Shown one piece after another: positions 45,519 to 54,525 of a stretch of DNA of 64,000 bases. Source of the stretch: a virus (Duplodnaviria; Caudoviricetes). The position numbers and the translations under genes were made by a program. The stretch lies in IMG/VR virus record IMGVR_UViG_2599185236_000001, positions 10,466-74,465 of that record; one strand, 5' to 3'. A model generated the notes under the pieces. The model worked only from the letters and a program-made list of their open reading frames with translations, made no database searches and was not told where the DNA came from. Every line of letters begins with the position of its first letter. Within the stretch, counting starts at the first letter, position 1.

Positions 45519-45557
45519 ATAGTCTCCTCTTGTGGTGCTTTGCGCGGTGGTGGCGCG

Positions 45558-45833
45558 CTACAGTGTGCGGAGCAACTGCGTAGCCGCGAGACGAAGGCCG
45601 GCCGCGCTTGCGCCGTGGTGAGTGGCGGCAACTGCGGCCTTTGCGCGGATGTCCGCACCGGTGCGTGGCTCATCTTTGGCGATCTCGCCGCAAGCAGCAG
45701 CTTGCTTGTCGTGCCATTCGGCGGCTATGTAGTAGGCCTCTGCCTTCTTCTTTTTCTCGGCCGCCACCATTGCGATGATGCGGGCGGCTTGGACGGCTGC
45801 GCTGCCGCGGGCGATCATGACGGTTTTGGTCAT
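45558..45833 (-). CDS. Hypothetical protein
   Basis: ATGA-coupled, Ala-rich, 91 aa. Confidence 0.65.
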   Translation of the reverse strand: MTKTVMIARGSAAVQAARIIAMVAAEKKKKAEAYYIAAEWHDKQAAACGEIAKDEPRTGADIRAKAAVAATHHGASAAGLRLAATQLLRTL

Positions 45834-46132
45834 GTGGATGACAGCGCAGGATTCGGCTTCGTGGCGCTCCACCTACCGTGCCGCTCCATCTCGTGGAGTG
45901 TTAGCTTCATGCCCGAGCACTTCGACGTGCCGATATACTCCATGCGACCGGATGAGTTGAAAAGGGATGCCGTTACGAATCCTCCCTCAACAAGTTCGTC
46001 CATTGCGGATGACGCGCGGTCACTCAAAACGCTTTGTGCGCCCTCTCCGCCGATCTTCAATGAACTCTTTTCTCCGTGCGCGAAGAATGTCGTCATAAGC
46101 GCTCGTGCATCGATCGATAGCTTGATCATCAC
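45830..46132 (-). CDS. Hypothetical protein
   Basis: 100 aa, ATGA-coupled at both ends. Confidence 0.65.
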   Translation of the reverse strand: MMIKLSIDARALMTTFFAHGEKSSLKIGGEGAQSVLSDRASSAMDELVEGGFVTASLFNSSGRMEYIGTSKCSGMKLTLHEMERHGRWSATKPNPALSST

Positions 46133-46857
46133 CGAGCAACCTTCTCTTCCACCACCCGGAACCCAGGCAGCTCACGCGCACCGGCCCGCACCCGCTCATT
46201 TGCGAGCGATAAGGCCAGCGCCATGAACTCGACTGGCGCAAGCGTGTACGCCCACTCAAGAGCGGCTTCTTCGTCGGCTATCTCCGCCGACCACACCGAC
46301 CTTAACCCCGTCCCAGTCGTCGCCGCCTTGTCGGCACGCTTCGCACCGCGCTCCATCTTCTTCGCGTCGGCAAGAAGTTCCTCGGCCTCTTCGCGAGCGG
46401 CAAGGTTGCCGGAGGAAGATCTGATCGCCGCCTCTGCAGCCTCTTTTGCAGCTGCTGCTTCGGCGGCCTGCTTGGCAGCTTCCGCTGCCTTCTCGTCCGC
46501 AACCTTCTTGCGCCAAGGCGCGAGAAGAGCACCGAGCGTCGACTTGGCGAGATCGACCTTGCCCTTCTTCGGCTGGATGTAGGGGTTATAACGCGATTGC
46601 ACCGCGGCAACCTGGTCGTCGAGCGGCTTCTTATCCTCGACGCGCAGCGCGTCGGCTTTCTTGCCGGCCTCGTGCAGCCCGTCGTACAGCTTCTCGATCG
46701 CGTCGTGCATCTCCTGGCTGGAGATGGCCTCGCCGTCGGCCCAGTTCTTGGCCTCTTCGTAGAGGTCGTCGATCTCGGTGAAGATGGCGATGTAGGGTGG
46801 TTGGTTGTGCGTCTTCGGCACGGAGCCGGCGATGTCGGTGGGGTTGAACTCGGTCAT
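46129..46857 (-). CDS. Coiled-coil phage protein (Gam/Gp157-like architecture)
   Basis: Long helical coiled coil with C-terminal LPGFRVVEE; recombination/replication operon context. Confidence 0.6.
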   Translation of the reverse strand: MTEFNPTDIAGSVPKTHNQPPYIAIFTEIDDLYEEAKNWADGEAISSQEMHDAIEKLYDGLHEAGKKADALRVEDKKPLDDQVAAVQSRYNPYIQPKKGKVDLAKSTLGALLAPWRKKVADEKAAEAAKQAAEAAAAKEAAEAAIRSSSGNLAAREEAEELLADAKKMERGAKRADKAATTGTGLRSVWSAEIADEEAALEWAYTLAPVEFMALALSLANERVRAGARELPGFRVVEEKVAR

Positions 46858-47342
46858 GCGGCCACCTGCGGCGGTATCCGGCGAGCAAGCTCTGCATTGA
46901 CCTTATTCTGCGCGGCTTCGTGAGTCGCTTCATCGACCTCGAAGTCGTCGTCGCTGTCGGCATCTTCCGCCGCTGGAAGAATAGCGTAGTAGCGCGTCTC
47001 GATGATGCCGCCGCGAGAAACCGCAGCAACTGTGCCGTCCTTATCCCATTCCAAGACCTCGAACGGGTTTTCGACGCACGCGTCGGAAGAAGTGTCATCT
47101 TCCGGCCAGTACCACTGGCACCCATTCACTTTTCTTTGAAGGTCAGCCACCTGCTCACGAAGGGCAGCAATCTCATATGCGAGCGCCACATGGAGGTTGT
47201 CGGGACCGCTACCGCGGAACGCCGGCCACTCCTCACCGTAGCGAAGTGCCTCCCATGTGCCCGGTGATGTCTGTTGGATGGTGTACTTGCCGTCATTGAC
47301 GGTCACCGAAATCAGGCCGTCGTCGGCCGCTCTCTCGCTCAT
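46854..47342 (-). CDS. Hypothetical protein
   Basis: Repeated CACCACAAGAGGAGAC element directly before ATG 47342. Confidence 0.7.
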   Translation of the reverse strand: MSERAADDGLISVTVNDGKYTIQQTSPGTWEALRYGEEWPAFRGSGPDNLHVALAYEIAALREQVADLQRKVNGCQWYWPEDDTSSDACVENPFEVLEWDKDGTVAAVSRGGIIETRYYAILPAAEDADSDDDFEVDEATHEAAQNKVNAELARRIPPQVAA

Positions 47343-47432
47343 CTTCGTCTCCTCTTGTGGTGTGGTCTTCTTCGGCGCTGGTGGGCGCTTCATGCTCATG
47401 ACAACGGCGGTTACATTGGCCATCGTCAACCG

Positions 47433-49226
47433 TCAGAACGGGATGTCATCCCAATCTTCTTGCATCCACGCAGGCTTGTTGTCGTTCGCCGGCGGCTCGT
47501 CGTCGTCGTTGGCTGCGCCATAGTCGCCGACCACATGAGAAACCACGTCCCAATACCGATCCCTCGGTTTGACCATGATCTCCGCTGTCTCTTTCAACTC
47601 GGTCTGGCGCTCCAACCACTCCAAAACGCTTCGAGGGAACGGCCGCTGGCCTGCATGGGCAAGCCAAAACCTATCCGCCTTAGTTTTGGCGAAGCCGGAA
47701 TGCTCGGGGCACAGCCACTCGTTGATGGCCGTCATGCCAGACATGTAAGTGACTTTGACTGACGGCGGCTTGTCGCCCTTCCCTTCATGGAAGCGGAATG
47801 TGCGGCTCGTAACGTCGCGCGAATCCGGCTCGGCCATCGTCATGATTGGCACGTCGGCGGCGTTCGCAGCGATCTTCGGGCTGTCATCGATGTCAAACTC
47901 GAACCCGCAGCAGGTGCAGATGCGAGCCGAGGCGTGCAGCTTCTCGCCGCAGCCTGGTTCGCCATGCTTGTCGAAGCCATCCTGCGGGCAGATCTTCATC
48001 GGCGCTTCGCCGTCGCCGCTACCCGGCTCCTTCGGCTCAACCATATCGACCGGCCCATGCTTGTCGACGAGGCCGGCGAAGTCCAGCACGAGGCAGGACG
48101 GCTTAGGCCCGGCAGCAATAGCGGCGCGGCGCTCCTCCGGCGTCTCCAACGACATGCCTGGCGCGTAAAGCACGCGAGTGCCCCTTCCCATCATCTGCAG
48201 GTAAAGGCTCGCGCTAAGCGTCGGCCGGAGCGCCGCAATGAGATCCACGCCCTTGTGATTGAATCCCGTCGTCAAGACTGAGTTGTTGGTCAGAGCGCGG
48301 ATGCGATAGGCCTTGAAATCCTCGATGATCCGGCGGCGCTCCTCTTTCGGAGTGTCACCGGTGATGGTCTCGCAGCTGATGCCGCGCGACCGTATCTCGT
48401 CGCGGACGTGCTCGGCATGCTCGACACCGGAGCAGAAGCAAAGCCAAGACCGTTTGTCGGCGCCCTTGGCCACTATCTCATCGACTGCGGCGCGCGTGAC
48501 GTCCATCTTGTCAACGGCAGCCTGTAGCGCCGACTGCTTGAAGTCGCCTCCGAGCTTGCCGACTCCCTTGGTGCTGAGCTCGAGAGCGGTATGCTTCGAT
48601 GACAGCGGGGCGAGGTAGCCATCCCGCACGCCATCGGCGATGCCGTAGGTATAGACGACGCGGTCGAACATGCGATCGTCTCCCTGGTCGAGGCGACCGC
48701 TGTCCAGTCGAAATGGCGTTGCGGTCAGGCCGACAATCTTAAAATCCGGATTAACTTCACGCATGACGCGAAAGAACTGGCCGTACTGAGTGTCGCTGTT
48801 CTTCGGGATCAAGTGGCATTCGTCGACCAGCACTACGTCGATGGGTCGGTCGAAGATCTTCTCGCCGTCGACGACGCGGGCGCCGCAGATCAGGTCCGCC
48901 TTGTTCCAGACAGTCTGAATGCCAGCAAAAATGATCTGACTGCGCGCGTCTCGGCGGTTAAGGCCGGCTGAGAAGATGCCCGCCGGCGCAAAGGGCCAGA
49001 CGCCGAGTAGCTCGAGGTAATTCTGCTCAATGAGCTCGGCCACGTGGGTGACTACCATAATACGCATGTCGGGCCAGCCCTCGACGAGCTGTTGGATGAC
49101 GGTGGCCATTACCATCGACTTGCCCGTACCGGTAGCGAGGTCGATCAGCGGATTGCCAGCCTCCTCTCCCCAATAGTCGAACAGCGCCGCAACGGCGTCT
49201 TCCTGATAGTACCGCAGCCCCATCAA
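47433..49226 (-). CDS. SF2 DEAD/DEAH-box helicase with C-terminal Zn ribbon
   Basis: ATGTGKS, VDECH, GLTATP, QMMGRGTR, CxxC; acidic DDIPF C-terminus. Confidence 0.93.
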   Translation of the reverse strand: MMGLRYYQEDAVAALFDYWGEEAGNPLIDLATGTGKSMVMATVIQQLVEGWPDMRIMVVTHVAELIEQNYLELLGVWPFAPAGIFSAGLNRRDARSQIIFAGIQTVWNKADLICGARVVDGEKIFDRPIDVVLVDECHLIPKNSDTQYGQFFRVMREVNPDFKIVGLTATPFRLDSGRLDQGDDRMFDRVVYTYGIADGVRDGYLAPLSSKHTALELSTKGVGKLGGDFKQSALQAAVDKMDVTRAAVDEIVAKGADKRSWLCFCSGVEHAEHVRDEIRSRGISCETITGDTPKEERRRIIEDFKAYRIRALTNNSVLTTGFNHKGVDLIAALRPTLSASLYLQMMGRGTRVLYAPGMSLETPEERRAAIAAGPKPSCLVLDFAGLVDKHGPVDMVEPKEPGSGDGEAPMKICPQDGFDKHGEPGCGEKLHASARICTCCGFEFDIDDSPKIAANAADVPIMTMAEPDSRDVTSRTFRFHEGKGDKPPSVKVTYMSGMTAINEWLCPEHSGFAKTKADRFWLAHAGQRPFPRSVLEWLERQTELKETAEIMVKPRDRYWDVVSHVVGDYGAANDDDEPPANDNKPAWMQEDWDDIPF

Positions 49227-49765
49227 GCAGCCCGCCTTTGCAGACGAGCGACGAGAACGGCCCGGGCACGCTCTTCCTTCTGGCGAACGTTCTCTTTGCT
49301 CGTGCCGTTCTCGTCTCCGATGTCGGAAAGCAGTTCGCCGGCCGCGCGACGCAGCACGATGTTTCCGTTCGGGATGCGCTGCAGACGATCAACGACCTCC
49401 GCGAGATCGGCGCGAACGAACTGCTCCGGCTGCACACGCAGTTGCGCGCATCTGTTCTCAAGAGGCGCAACGTCATCGCCGACCATGGCATCAATCGAGA
49501 CTTCAGGCGCGTTGCGCATCTGGCGCCGCTCGCGCTTGCGCATCCCACTCGCCACGCTCTCCATGACGAGTTGCGCCCATGTCCGGAACGTCTCCATTCT
49601 GCATGTGCCGGCACGCCGCAGCATGGCAATCATCGATTCCTGCAAAAGATCGTCAGCCTTCTGACGGTCGCGTGTGATTATGCGCGCCTTGCGACGGAGC
49701 ATAGGAAGGTAGGCGACAAGCGCGGCGTCAAAGCCGGTCGGCCTGTTGTCATTCGCCGGGATCAT
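49223..49765 (-). CDS. ECF-like sigma-70 region 2/4 protein
   Basis: YLPMLRRKARIITRDRQKADDLLQE (region 2) and LSDIGDENGTSKENVRQ (region 4 HTH). Confidence 0.8.
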   Translation of the reverse strand: MIPANDNRPTGFDAALVAYLPMLRRKARIITRDRQKADDLLQESMIAMLRRAGTCRMETFRTWAQLVMESVASGMRKRERRQMRNAPEVSIDAMVGDDVAPLENRCAQLRVQPEQFVRADLAEVVDRLQRIPNGNIVLRRAAGELLSDIGDENGTSKENVRQKEERARAVLVARLQRRAA

Positions 49766-49784
49766 GGCGGTCTCCTCTGTGGTG

Positions 49785-50714
49785 TTAGGCGGTGGTGGCG
49801 CCGTCGATCCAAATCTCGCCGTTGGCGAGACGGTAGGTGATGGTTTCGGCGTCCTCGTCGACGTCGACCTGCTCGCCCGGCACCATGGCCGGGATCGTCA
49901 GGTGCGTCGGGCACGCCTCTTTCTGCTCGTCGAATGAGATCGGCTTGGCCCAACGGGCGCAGGACCAGTGCCCGTCGCCGCCCATCTCTGGCGTCGAATG
50001 GATGCAAGACCTGCAGGTGACGCGCGGCCAGGCTTGCTGTTTGCAAACCGGCTTGTGCTTGCAGAACAAGCACTCGAACCATTCCGGATCTTCGCTGATG
50101 CGTGAGGGCGGCTCCGGCGAATCGATGATGCGCTCAAGGCGCGCCAGCAGTCGCAGGCAGAACTCGGCGTCGTATTCGATGCGCTCGGCGTAGAGCGTGT
50201 CGTCGTCCTTGCAGCTGACAAGGTAAAGGCACCGGGTAAGGCCGAAGGCGTGCATTCCCAGCTGGCACTGACCGTAGTGAAGCGGCTTGGCCTTCTGACA
50301 GCCGTCCTTAACGATCAGCTTCATGCCCTTGGCATTGCTCGATTTAAACTCGAGGAGATGTTCGGTCTTCGGCGCCTCGACGACGCCCATGGCCTTGCCG
50401 TCGCACTTTCCTCGTACATGGCTGCCGACGAGGCGAATGCGATCCTGCTGGCCGTACACGTCGACGCCGATCCGTTCGAGATCAGCAACGAGGCGGTCTT
50501 CCTCGATGTTGCCAGTCTCAAACAGGCGCAGCTGGCGGCCGTGATGCTTTTCCAGTGGGCTAGCCCATCGGAAGGCGTACCACAGCTGGCGGTCACAAGG
50601 TGCGTTCGCTTCGCCGACCGAGATGCCGAGGCTGTCCCACGAATTGGCCGCGGCTTCATAGGCAGCGAAGATGGCGCGGACGGTGCTGGATTCAGGGCGT
50701 GGAAGTGGGGCCAT
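49785..50714 (-). CDS. Cas4-like PD-(D/E)xK exonuclease (solo, recombination module)
   Basis: N-terminal CxR.LWY, GKCDG, EFKS, QCQ, C-terminal CxxC...CxxC Fe-S-type cysteines. Confidence 0.85.
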   Translation of the reverse strand: MAPLPRPESSTVRAIFAAYEAAANSWDSLGISVGEANAPCDRQLWYAFRWASPLEKHHGRQLRLFETGNIEEDRLVADLERIGVDVYGQQDRIRLVGSHVRGKCDGKAMGVVEAPKTEHLLEFKSSNAKGMKLIVKDGCQKAKPLHYGQCQLGMHAFGLTRCLYLVSCKDDDTLYAERIEYDAEFCLRLLARLERIIDSPEPPSRISEDPEWFECLFCKHKPVCKQQAWPRVTCRSCIHSTPEMGGDGHWSCARWAKPISFDEQKEACPTHLTIPAMVPGEQVDVDEDAETITYRLANGEIWIDGATTA

Positions 50715-51001
50715 TATGCCCCACCCCCGAACGCAAACAGCGGCGACGTAGCAAGCGCAGATTGATGGCCGCGCTGATCGCCAGACCTGACGTAAGTCGT
50801 CCAGATCTCCTTGCCGTCCCGTGTCACCGGGTGCATCTCGGCGACGCTGTAATCAACGTCGTCGATCTCTTCGGCATCGATGTGGAAGTCATCCTTATCG
50901 ACTTTCGCCTCGATCATCGCCTCCGCATCTTCCTTAGAAGGAGCCTCGACGACCTCGGTGCTGCGCCCTTGGAACCGGTAGTCAATCAGGAACTTGGCCA
51001 T
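50714..51001 (-). CDS. Hypothetical protein
   Basis: 95 aa acidic, coupled. Confidence 0.7.
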   Translation of the reverse strand: MAKFLIDYRFQGRSTEVVEAPSKEDAEAMIEAKVDKDDFHIDAEEIDDVDYSVAEMHPVTRDGKEIWTTYVRSGDQRGHQSALATSPLFAFGGGA

Positions 51002-51004
51002 GAG

Positions 51005-52063
51005 CTACACCCGAACCGGCATCAAGACGCCGTCCCAGCCAGCCAAGCCACCGGTGATGACCGCAGCACCGCCACCATCCGAAAGCGCCATCGTGACCTC
51101 TCCTGCAGGCAGGACATTGAACAGGTCGCGCACGTACTGGCTGTTGAAGCCGACATAGAAAGGCTCGCCGCTGTATTCCGCGGCAACCTCGTCCTCCGCC
51201 TCGCCGGCATCAGATCGAGCCGCCAGGGCGATTGAACCTGGCGCGATGCTCAGCTTAACCGACCGGCCTTTCTCCGACGAGACAGTCACAACGCGTTCGG
51301 CCGCCTTCATCATCTCGTCGCGGTTGACGGTGATGATCTTGTCGTTGTCACGCGGGATGACGCGCTGATAGTCTGGGAATGTGCCATCGATCAGATTGGC
51401 GGTCAGGCTGATGTCGGCATGCTGGATGCGGATCTTCTCCTGCGAGACCGAAACCGTCACCTCGCCTTTCGGCAGCAGGCCGACGGTCTTGCGCCCCACG
51501 ATGACGCCGGCGAACTCCGGAACGACCGGGCCACGGTTGCGCGCGAGCCGGTGGCCGTCAGTAGCCACAGCTACCGCCTTGCCGTCGACGACGTGGAAGT
51601 AGACGCCCCCGAGATAATAGCGGGTCTCCTCTGTCGAGATGGCGAACGCAACTGGCGCGAACAGGCCGGCAAGGTCGATGTCAAACTCGGCGTCGAATGT
51701 GCCCTTGCCGAGGATGTCAGGAAAGTCCGACGCCGGCAGGGTTTCCAGCTTGAACTTGCTTCGGCCCGACTTCACCTCAAGGCGGTTGTCTACCAGTGAG
51801 ATGGAAATGTCGGCTGCGCTTGCCTTGCGGACGATTTCGCCGAGCAGCTTGGCGCTGACGGTCGTTGTGCCGGCTTTCTGGACATCGGCTTCGGCGCTGG
51901 CCGTTGCCTGGATGTCGAGGTCTGTCGCTGTCACCTTGAGAGTGCCACCCTCGGCCTCCAGCAGGATATTGGACAGGATTGGAATGGTGTTTCTGGCTTC
52001 GACGACCTTGCCCACGGCGCCGACGACGCGCGCGAGTTCGGTGCGGCTGATATTCAGCTGCAT
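51005..52063 (-). CDS. dnaN: DNA polymerase III beta sliding clamp (phage-encoded)
   Basis: RNTIPILSNILL, ATDLD, TEETRYYLGGV, ATDGHRLA, GTFPDYQRVIP, LMPVRV. Confidence 0.95.
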   Translation of the reverse strand: MQLNISRTELARVVGAVGKVVEARNTIPILSNILLEAEGGTLKVTATDLDIQATASAEADVQKAGTTTVSAKLLGEIVRKASAADISISLVDNRLEVKSGRSKFKLETLPASDFPDILGKGTFDAEFDIDLAGLFAPVAFAISTEETRYYLGGVYFHVVDGKAVAVATDGHRLARNRGPVVPEFAGVIVGRKTVGLLPKGEVTVSVSQEKIRIQHADISLTANLIDGTFPDYQRVIPRDNDKIITVNRDEMMKAAERVVTVSSEKGRSVKLSIAPGSIALAARSDAGEAEDEVAAEYSGEPFYVGFNSQYVRDLFNVLPAGEVTMALSDGGGAAVITGGLAGWDGVLMPVRV

Positions 52064-52120
52064 GATGGTCTCCTCTTGTGGTGTAAAGGCGAGCCGATGG
52101 TGAGGCGGCCCGCATTAGAG

Positions 52121-52198
52121 TTAGCGGAGCGCGACCCAGACGAACGCCACGAAGGCGAACGCACCGGCCGCGCTGGCGAAGGCGTCAGGCCAACCCAT
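52121..52198 (-). CDS. Tiny membrane peptide (25 aa)
   Basis: TGATG-coupled to the SSB stop; MGWPDAFASAAGAFAFVAFVWVALR. Confidence 0.45.
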   Translation of the reverse strand: MGWPDAFASAAGAFAFVAFVWVALR

Positions 52199-52767
52199 CA
52201 CTTGTTGCCCCAGGGCCGGCGCGTGGTGCCCGCAGCTGCGCCACCGGCGGGCTTGCTGGCCGCATTGTCGTTTGCAGCCGTACGCTGCTGTCGGTTGTCG
52301 TTTGCCGGAGCCGACCGCTGCGCAGGCTGGTTCGGGTCGATCTCGGCGGCCGGTACATTGCCTTCGTCCGGATAAAAGAAGCGCTTGATCTCGTTGCGCG
52401 GCTCGTAGCCCTCGCGCGGTTTCTCGACGCCGACCTTTGCCGTGAACGAGATGAAATGAAGCTCGTCGGAGTCGTTGACCTCGTTGAGGCCGATGGCGCG
52501 GCACAGTTTCGCGAGATCGCGCTGGCCGATCTCCTGCGCCGTGGAGTTGGCGTTTTCGAGGTTGATGTTCGCGAAGATCTTCCGACCCTTGAACTCCGAC
52601 GGCTCGACGACGTCGTAGGTGAGCTTGAGGATGGTTCCGTTGCCCTTAGCCGTCGGCTTCACCTCGGAGGCCGAAACCTCCAGCACATAAGTGCCGTTCG
52701 GCAGGTTGCTGCCGCGCTGTTCGGTGTCGTGATCCTGAGCATTAAATCTTTGACCAAGTCCGGCCAT
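52198..52767 (-). CDS. DUF669-like single-stranded DNA-binding protein
   Basis: LPNGTY.LEV..SEVK.T..G.G..LKLTYDV; Sak4-adjacent context; flexible C-terminal tail. Confidence 0.85.
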   Translation of the reverse strand: MAGLGQRFNAQDHDTEQRGSNLPNGTYVLEVSASEVKPTAKGNGTILKLTYDVVEPSEFKGRKIFANINLENANSTAQEIGQRDLAKLCRAIGLNEVNDSDELHFISFTAKVGVEKPREGYEPRNEIKRFFYPDEGNVPAAEIDPNQPAQRSAPANDNRQQRTAANDNAASKPAGGAAAGTTRRPWGNK

Positions 52768-52796
52768 GCGTAGTCTCCTTCTGTGGTGAGTTGGTG

Positions 52797-52943
52797 TTAG
52801 GCGTAGTAGCGGAAAGGTCCGCTGCTATAGGGGCTGACGATGCGCTCGCGCTGCACGGTCTCAAGCCAAGCCAGTCGCTTGCCGCGCAAAGTGCGGACGA
52901 CGACCGGGAACCAGGCGAACCAGCTTTCCTTCTCGACGAACAT
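52797..52943 (-). CDS. Small phage hypothetical protein (48 aa)
   Basis: TAATG-coupled; WFAWFPV...WLETV motif. Confidence 0.6.
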   Translation of the reverse strand: MFVEKESWFAWFPVVVRTLRGKRLAWLETVQRERIVSPYSSGPFRYYA

Positions 52944-53716
52944 TAGGCTGCCACTCCCGTAGGCGCCGGAAAGTGCTTCGAGAGTTCGGCGAACCCCTGC
53001 CCCTTCTTGTACGGAATGGCATCGGGCATGCTGTACCGGTTCTTGGCATTGAAGCCGGCGCCCTCGTTCAGGTGGACCTGCCGCTCCTTGCCGCCCTCAG
53101 CGTGCGCCACCTTCGTCTGTCGCGCGACTTCCTTCTCCTTGATGGACACGCGGTAGTTCATGAAGGCGACGATGTCGGACTTCTCGCGGACCAGCGCATT
53201 GGCGCGCTTGTGAAGCTTCGGCTGGTATCGGCTGTAGGGGTCCGTCACCGGGCTGTCGAAGCGAACGATTTCCGGGTGGGCGAGCATGACGACGCAGATC
53301 CCGCGCTGCGCCAGAGCCGATACGGCTGCCATGAGCTCGTTCCACTCGGTATCGGCCTCGACGTAGCCCTTACCGAATCCGGCCTCTTCGATGGTCGCGA
53401 CGCCGATGCGCTGGCACGTGGCGCGCCAGACGAGTGGCTCGAGGCCGTCGAGGCTGTCCAGGATGACGGTCTTGCGGTCGTGCTCCTCTGTGAGCAGTTC
53501 GCCGAAGATGTCGAGCAGTTCGTCGAAGCTCTCGATCGTGCCGGGCGTAACGAGCTCGACGTCTGACGGCGGCCGCTCGCCTTCGGTGGCGAGATAGACC
53601 GCGTCAGGGAACTCAGCGGCAAGGCTTGTCTTGCCGATGCCGTCGACGCCGTAGAGCAGGATGACCGGAGGGTCGGCTCTCTTCGTCGATTTCAGGGATG
53701 ATAGGCTGATAGCCAT
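52943..53716 (-). CDS. Sak4-like AAA ATPase (AAA_24) recombinase
   Basis: YGVDGIGKT Walker A, ILDSLDGLE, GFGKGY, AKNRY. Confidence 0.88.
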   Translation of the reverse strand: MAISLSSLKSTKRADPPVILLYGVDGIGKTSLAAEFPDAVYLATEGERPPSDVELVTPGTIESFDELLDIFGELLTEEHDRKTVILDSLDGLEPLVWRATCQRIGVATIEEAGFGKGYVEADTEWNELMAAVSALAQRGICVVMLAHPEIVRFDSPVTDPYSRYQPKLHKRANALVREKSDIVAFMNYRVSIKEKEVARQTKVAHAEGGKERQVHLNEGAGFNAKNRYSMPDAIPYKKGQGFAELSKHFPAPTGVAA

Positions 53717-53774
53717 GCAGTCTCCTCTTGTGGTGGGTGGTGGTTGCGGCTGGTGGTGAGCCAGCCGCAGTGGG

Positions 53775-53954
53775 CTAGATGAACTGCCCGATGATGACGC
53801 CGACGATCAGCGCGCCGGTGGCGTAGACCCATCCCCAGAGCCGCGACGGCCGCTCAGGGATGTCAGGTGCGACGTGGATGATGGGCGCGTCAATCGGGGT
53901 GTAGTCGAGCGGCGTGCCAGTCGTGGCGTAGGTTCCCCATGGGGATTTGGTCAT
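53775..53954 (-). CDS. Small C-terminal TM protein (59 aa)
   Basis: TGATG-coupled; hydrophobic C-terminus. Confidence 0.55.
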   Translation of the reverse strand: MTKSPWGTYATTGTPLDYTPIDAPIIHVAPDIPERPSRLWGWVYATGALIVGVIIGQFI

Positions 53955-54157
53955 CAGAACACCCCCAGCCACAGGCCAACGCCGTGAACAACGCCGACCG
54001 GTGCGACGATGCAGCCGAAGGCAAGGAGAATCCACGCGCCGGCCTTGATGCAGGCGACAACATGGGTGACCCACGCTGCAGCGGCCGCGATAAATCCGGC
54101 CACCACTAGTGCCAGAGCCACAAGCCCGGCGCACACTCCCGCAGCGTCACTTGTCAT
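53954..54157 (-). CDS. Small membrane protein (67 aa)
   Basis: Two or three TM helices; ATGA-coupled. Confidence 0.65.
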   Translation of the reverse strand: MTSDAAGVCAGLVALALVVAGFIAAAAAWVTHVVACIKAGAWILLAFGCIVAPVGVVHGVGLWLGVF

Positions 54158-54462
54158 GCCGCCGCCCTCACCTGCTCTGCGCGCCAGCGAGCGCGAGCCG
54201 CGCTGTGCATGAAGAGGTAAGGCCGGCTCTCGCTGACCTTGGCGTTGGTGGTCTCACGGAGCGCCCGCTTGCGCTGGCCGCGCGTCAGTCCCTGCGCATC
54301 GCGGCGCGGTTCCTTCTTTGGGTCGCGCCAGCCTTTGCCGCCAGCGAGCCGCTCCATCAGCGTCAGGCGGCGGACGTGGTGCTCAAGGCTGGTCGACGGC
54401 ATGCCGAGCTTGCTGTCGTTCTCGTGCTCCTTATCGAGCACCTTCTGGAATGCTGTGGACAT
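54154..54462 (-). CDS. Hypothetical basic protein
   Basis: GAGAGGAG SD; GLTRGQRKR motif. Confidence 0.65.
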   Translation of the reverse strand: MSTAFQKVLDKEHENDSKLGMPSTSLEHHVRRLTLMERLAGGKGWRDPKKEPRRDAQGLTRGQRKRALRETTNAKVSESRPYLFMHSAARARWRAEQVRAAA

Positions 54463-54525
54463 AGGTCTCCTCTCGCCGTGCCGGTGAGGCGCACGGCTGT
54501 TGCTGTGGTGATGGTGGTGGTGTGG

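Noticed and set aside
49785-50714. Cas4-like gene as evidence of a CRISPR system
   Set aside because: No repeat-spacer array or other cas genes. Solo Cas4-like nucleases are normal partners of Sak4/SSB recombination modules.
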